IMG/VR virus record: IMGVR_UViG_3300016476_001289
Reading direction: 5' to 3' (one strand)
Length of the DNA: 64,000 bases
DNA from: a virus
Shown here piece by piece: positions 60,236-64,000 of the stretch. Below the pieces are notes generated by a model, which saw only the letters and a list, made by a program, of their open reading frames with translations, searched no databases and was not told where the DNA came from. Made by a program: the position numbers and the translations under genes. Position 1 is the stretch's first letter. Every line of letters starts with the position of its first letter.

Positions 60236-60295
60236 TTTTTTTCCTTTATAGGATGAATATATATAATGTTAAACTATTATTATAGGAGATATACC

Positions 60296-60727
60296 ATGAT
60301 TAACTCAAAAATCGCTTCATTAGAAGCAAGATTAACTAGACTCGAAGGCAAATTAATGAGCAAAAAAGCAGGACATCAAATGCCTGACCCTGCTCTCGTA
60401 AAATTTCAAATCAAGACCCTTTTAAAAGAAGGTGCATATCAATTAGAAGGTTTTGAAGTTAAAGCATTAAGCCCACTTTCTTACTTTCCTGCTACCCATG
60501 CCATTCGTATTGTATGTATTAATGATCAAGGTAATTCAGTTGTACTTGATCTTCATTGTAGCAACAATGTAATTGTTGGACAAACATTGAATGTTTTCGA
60601 TCATATGTATAATACTAAAGTTGTTTATAATAACAGCAATGAAGATTTAGGTGGAGATTTTATTGGTGAAGATTTAACCAAACCAAGTACCGTAAGAGAT
60701 CTTATCAGTTTATTACAATTACAATAA
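60296..60727 (+). CDS. KIASLE-leader protein
   Basis: AGGAG RBS before MINSKIASLEARLTRLEGKLMSKKA; unique payload. Confidence 0.8.
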   Translation: MINSKIASLEARLTRLEGKLMSKKAGHQMPDPALVKFQIKTLLKEGAYQLEGFEVKALSPLSYFPATHAIRIVCINDQGNSVVLDLHCSNNVIVGQTLNVFDHMYNTKVVYNNSNEDLGGDFIGEDLTKPSTVRDLISLLQLQ

Positions 60728-60731
60728 ACCA

Positions 60732-61466
60732 TTAGAATAAAGTTCTTTGTCTTATATTATTCTCATTTAACCATACCACCTCTTCAGTCCTACCACCTCC
60801 ACTATTTAATATCGTCTTTAAAGGTTGAAAAGGTAACCATTTAGCTTTATCACTTTCACAGACTATTACTTGTCCTTCTCTTCCTTTACACCATTCACCT
60901 AAATGACTAAAATCTATATTCTTTGAACTCTCTTTATAGACTTTCCCTTCACTCTCATAAGGTGGATCTATAAACCATGTAGCTTCTTCATTATCTATTA
61001 TATCATAAGACTTTTGTTCTATTGTCCAATGTCTTATATCATCCACCTGATTTGCTATTCTTTTCTTAGTAGTAGGATTCCAAGAATCTGCCCATTCTAT
61101 TTCAAATCTCTCACTAGCATAAGATGACATTTTAGTAGCAGGTATAGACCTAGCTTTAACTAACCAAAATCCTATTAACCATTTAGCTTCTTGTGGGATA
61201 TTAGGATAATCATCTATACTCTTACCTAATTCTATTAAAGGTAAATCTAATATCTCTTCTTTTTTCACCTTAATTAAGTAATCCCATATCCCACAAATAG
61301 CATCATATTTGTCATATAACTTAACTTGTTTATAGTGATAATGAAGAGCATAACAAGCAGATCCTGCAAAGGGTTCTATTAGAACATTGTATCTAGGTGA
61401 AGGATAATGTTTAGCTAAAAAGTATTTACTACCAAAATAGCTAAAAAATGGTTTAAGGGGTTTCAT
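60732..61466 (-). CDS. Dam-like DNA adenine methyltransferase, copy 2
   Basis: Close paralog of 59471-60235 with a divergent central segment. Confidence 0.88.
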   Translation of the reverse strand: MKPLKPFFSYFGSKYFLAKHYPSPRYNVLIEPFAGSACYALHYHYKQVKLYDKYDAICGIWDYLIKVKKEEILDLPLIELGKSIDDYPNIPQEAKWLIGFWLVKARSIPATKMSSYASERFEIEWADSWNPTTKKRIANQVDDIRHWTIEQKSYDIIDNEEATWFIDPPYESEGKVYKESSKNIDFSHLGEWCKGREGQVIVCESDKAKWLPFQPLKTILNSGGGRTEEVVWLNENNIRQRTLF

Positions 61467-61526
61467 TTTTTTTCCTTTTATTTTATATCTAAGAATATAT
61501 GAAACTATTATTATAGGAGATATACC

Positions 61527-61931
61527 ATGATTAACTCAAAAATCGCTTCTTTAGAAGCAAGATTATCTAGACTCGAAGGCAAATTACAAAGAAGAATTGC
61601 TTCATCTTTCCCAACGAGAGAAGAATTTATAGAACTATTAGAGAGAAATTCTAGAGGTTGGTTCTCTAATTGGACTTGGATGGAAGGATTTAGTGATGGA
61701 CTACCCACAGAATATAAAAAGAGTATAGTTATGGGAGTACCTTCAAATAATGAAAGATTGTCGGTTACTCTTCTTTTTACTGAAGCTTTTGCTAAAGGCA
61801 CAATAACAATTAGAATTACCACCTTAAATGCAGATTTTAAAAAGAACCTTAAAACAGTACAATATAATTTAGATGATTTTTATACAACAGATGTAAATCA
61901 TCTTCTTGACACAATAAAAAGCATGATGTAA
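61527..61931 (+). CDS. KIASLE-leader protein
   Basis: MINSKIASLEARLSRLEGKLQRRIAS; unique payload. Confidence 0.8.
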   Translation: MINSKIASLEARLSRLEGKLQRRIASSFPTREEFIELLERNSRGWFSNWTWMEGFSDGLPTEYKKSIVMGVPSNNERLSVTLLFTEAFAKGTITIRITTLNADFKKNLKTVQYNLDDFYTTDVNHLLDTIKSMM

Positions 61932-61937
61932 TTTGTC

Positions 61938-61965
61938 TTTACTCTATTTAAATTTATAGAGTAAA
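61938..61965. terminator. Possible hairpin terminator
   Basis: TTTACTCTAT-N8-ATAGAGTAAA just after the stop at 61931; AT-rich stem. Confidence 0.3.
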
Positions 61966-62003
61966 ATGGTGATTTCCTGTATAATATTTTCAGAAGACTT
62001 TCT

Positions 62004-62360
62004 ATGTTTAAAACTACTCAAATAAATGATTTTATCATCACCGATTTTATAGACGATTCTCAATATAAATATGTTTTAGGCGACTTACACGATTTAGATT
62101 GGGAAATGTCTTTATCAGGTGCTTGGTTTCAAGCTATTCTATTTTGTAATAAGTTAAGTGAAATTTATAATTTACCTTATGCTTATCTTGTATTTAAAGA
62201 TGAAAAAGGTAATTTGGAAGCTGAAGATACAGGTAAAAATGGAATAAGACTACCAAGTCCAAAACTTCAAATCTCTTTATATGAAGATGAATTAACTGAA
62301 GAGAATGATAAAGGTAATAGATTTAGGGTGTGGATGTATTCTTCTCAACCCAGTAATTAG
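62004..62360 (+). CDS. Degenerate/truncated FGE-sulfatase-like protein
   Basis: WFQAILFCNKLS..YNLPYAY...GIRLPS matches the N-terminal half of 12006; catalytic-core motifs missing. Confidence 0.55.
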   Translation: MFKTTQINDFIITDFIDDSQYKYVLGDLHDLDWEMSLSGAWFQAILFCNKLSEIYNLPYAYLVFKDEKGNLEAEDTGKNGIRLPSPKLQISLYEDELTEENDKGNRFRVWMYSSQPSN

Positions 62361-62775
62361 CACCTCTTCTAGCAGAATCTTTATTTTTATATCCCACCAT
62401 AGTTGCTATTTCTGACCATTTAAGTCCTTTTTCTCTTAATTCAAAAGCAACTCTTCCTCTACTTTTTCTTGTATTTTCTATTTCTATTCCTGTTCTATCT
62501 CTATATTTATAAAAGTTATCTCTAAGAGTTCTAATGGGCATACCTAATAATCTTGCTATATCTTTATGAGTCATACCAAGTTTTGCGAGGGTGTTCGCAT
62601 ACTCTATCATTTTGCTATTATTTGGCTTATTTAGGTTATTTAAAACTTCCCATTTGTATGCTTTTCGCCTAGCATTTCTATCACTGATGCCTAAAACTTC
62701 ACCTACTTCGATCCATTTCATACCTTGAGATTTTAACTCATAAGCTAATTTCCACCCTTCATAATCAGCTTTCAT
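62323..62775 (-). CDS. Protein with three tandem HTH motifs
   Basis: GMKWIEVGEVLGIS, GMTHKDIARLLGMP, GLKWSEIATMVGY. Confidence 0.75.
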   Translation of the reverse strand: MKADYEGWKLAYELKSQGMKWIEVGEVLGISDRNARRKAYKWEVLNNLNKPNNSKMIEYANTLAKLGMTHKDIARLLGMPIRTLRDNFYKYRDRTGIEIENTRKSRGRVAFELREKGLKWSEIATMVGYKNKDSARRGANYWVEKNTSTP

Positions 62776-63062
62776 TTCTCAATCCCCTTTATAGCTTCAT
62801 ATATGTTTCTATATGTTTCTGTATTCTCACCACACTCAACGACAACTTTTTTAATTGCCTGTCCCTTATAATCAAAAGTCATGTTATATAAAGTATAACC
62901 TATATTAAAATCTACTTTTATGATTTCAATGTTAGGTGGTTTTATTTCACTTTCTGATTTAAGGATATTAGCACCAAGTTGGGTTTTTAAAATGCGAGGT
63001 ATAGCATTTTTATGGCTATATACACCTATGTTGTAAGGTATATTAATATTATTGACTTTCAT
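62772..63062 (-). CDS. Hypothetical protein
   Basis: 96 aa, coupled to the HTH gene. Confidence 0.55.
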   Translation of the reverse strand: MKVNNINIPYNIGVYSHKNAIPRILKTQLGANILKSESEIKPPNIEIIKVDFNIGYTLYNMTFDYKGQAIKKVVVECGENTETYRNIYEAIKGIEK

Positions 63063-63076
63063 ATCTACACTTCCTT

Positions 63077-63427
63077 GTGAGATTTACGATGAATATGAGT
63101 GAACAAAAAAAACTTTTTGAACATATCTTTAATACCACAGAGGGTATTACATTACTAGATGTTGTTGTATTACCTAGTGTTTTATCAGGTGACACGACCC
63201 ATCAAATTAGAGTTGAGTATAAAAACCCTAAAGGACTAACCGTATTAAATGTGAATATAGATGAGATACTTATTAAAGAAGTAATTATAAGAGTCCATCA
63301 AGGTGGTAGATTACCTTATGGTGAATATACTAAAGGCAAAGTTATAACAAAACTAGGTGATTTTAGAGGTAAGAAAATTAAAACAGATGTGATAGACAAG
63401 TTAGCTTATGAGTGTTCTTATACTTAA
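63077..63427 (+). CDS. Hypothetical protein
   Basis: 116 aa; start uncertain. Confidence 0.55.
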   Translation: MRFTMNMSEQKKLFEHIFNTTEGITLLDVVVLPSVLSGDTTHQIRVEYKNPKGLTVLNVNIDEILIKEVIIRVHQGGRLPYGEYTKGKVITKLGDFRGKKIKTDVIDKLAYECSYT

Positions 63428-63472
63428 TTTATAGAAAAAGATAGGTGAACTATAAAATGAGTGAACTTGTAA

Positions 63473-63808
63473 ATGAAAAGATTTGCTAGACTAGAAAATC
63501 GTATATCTCAAATAAAGTACGACACTTTATTCTATTACTTAAAATTAAAATTAGATACAGGCATTCTTGTGTTGGAAGATTTAACTACACATGAGAATTC
63601 TTTATATATGAGATATGGTTATGATAAAATATGTCTGTATATTTACATAGAAAATTCTAGTAATGTCGTAGGGTATATAGATATATATATGAAGTATCAA
63701 CCTGATAATTTAAAAAGTGCTTTTCCCATATCTTTACCTATATCTAATATAGATGGGATAGCTAAGGTGATAGCAACTAAAATAAACAAGTATTTAGAAA
63801 CTCACTAA
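63473..63808 (+). CDS. Hypothetical protein with eroded KIASLE-type leader
   Basis: MKRFARLENRI resembles RLARLENKL. Confidence 0.55.
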   Translation: MKRFARLENRISQIKYDTLFYYLKLKLDTGILVLEDLTTHENSLYMRYGYDKICLYIYIENSSNVVGYIDIYMKYQPDNLKSAFPISLPISNIDGIAKVIATKINKYLETH

Positions 63809-63855
63809 TTAGTTTATATACATATTGTTAGAAGTACATATAGGAGAGATATAAA

Positions 63856-64000
63856 ATGATTCGTAATAAAATTGCTTCTCTTGAAGCTCGTTTAGCTAGA
63901 CTTGAAAATAAGTTAGCAGCTAAACAAGTTGACTATAACTTATGGCAACTTTACGAAAAGCTAGTAAGAGAACTAGAAACTGAAGGCTATTATACTGATA
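63856..64000 (+). CDS. KIASLE-leader protein (truncated by window end)
   Basis: Hand translation MIRNKIASLEARLARLENKLAAKQVDYNLWQ...; AGGAG RBS. Confidence 0.8.
   Translation, partial: MIRNKIASLEARLARLENKLAAKQVDYNLWQLYEKLVRELETEGYYTD

Noticed and set aside
1-64000. Stop-codon recoding, as seen in some huge phages
   Set aside because: Long genes are intact under code 11, and TAA, TAG and TGA all end well-supported genes
1-64000. tRNA, rRNA, integrase or transposase genes
   Set aside because: None recognised by eye; intergenic gaps are short. A covariance-model scan was not possible

Overview
A very AT-rich, densely coding 64-kb segment (standard genetic code, Shine-Dalgarno sites) that reads as part of a jumbo/huge tailed bacteriophage. 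No capsid, terminase or portal gene lies in the window, so the phage assignment is inferred from gene content. In order: purB; four paralogous R-S-E-type ADP-ribosyltransferase-like genes; a MoxR-AAA/vWA pair; a ~400-bp structured inverted-repeat element between divergent operons; small hypothetical genes; an abrupt C-rich to G-rich strand-skew flip near 13.1-13.3 kb (origin candidate); an MTase-dnaX-NusG-like-sigma-like cluster; a 25-kb tail-fibre/receptor-binding locus built from shuffled modules; then an accessory region with CapA, M15 peptidase, a fused R-M enzyme, four more DNA methyltransferases, ClpP and lipoproteins. The best candidate for an undescribed system is a set of dispersed genes in which a conserved short N-terminal leader (MIxxKIASLEARLARLEGKL or MRYPLY/MRYPH, mostly ending near a basic-x-Ala motif) is fused to unrelated payloads, including the ART-like array. 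Several of these genes sit between duplicated sequences, and one is flanked by a 47-bp direct repeat, suggesting swappable cargo cassettes addressed to the virion. No tRNA, rRNA, CRISPR array or transposase was recognised. All calls come from motif reading by eye.
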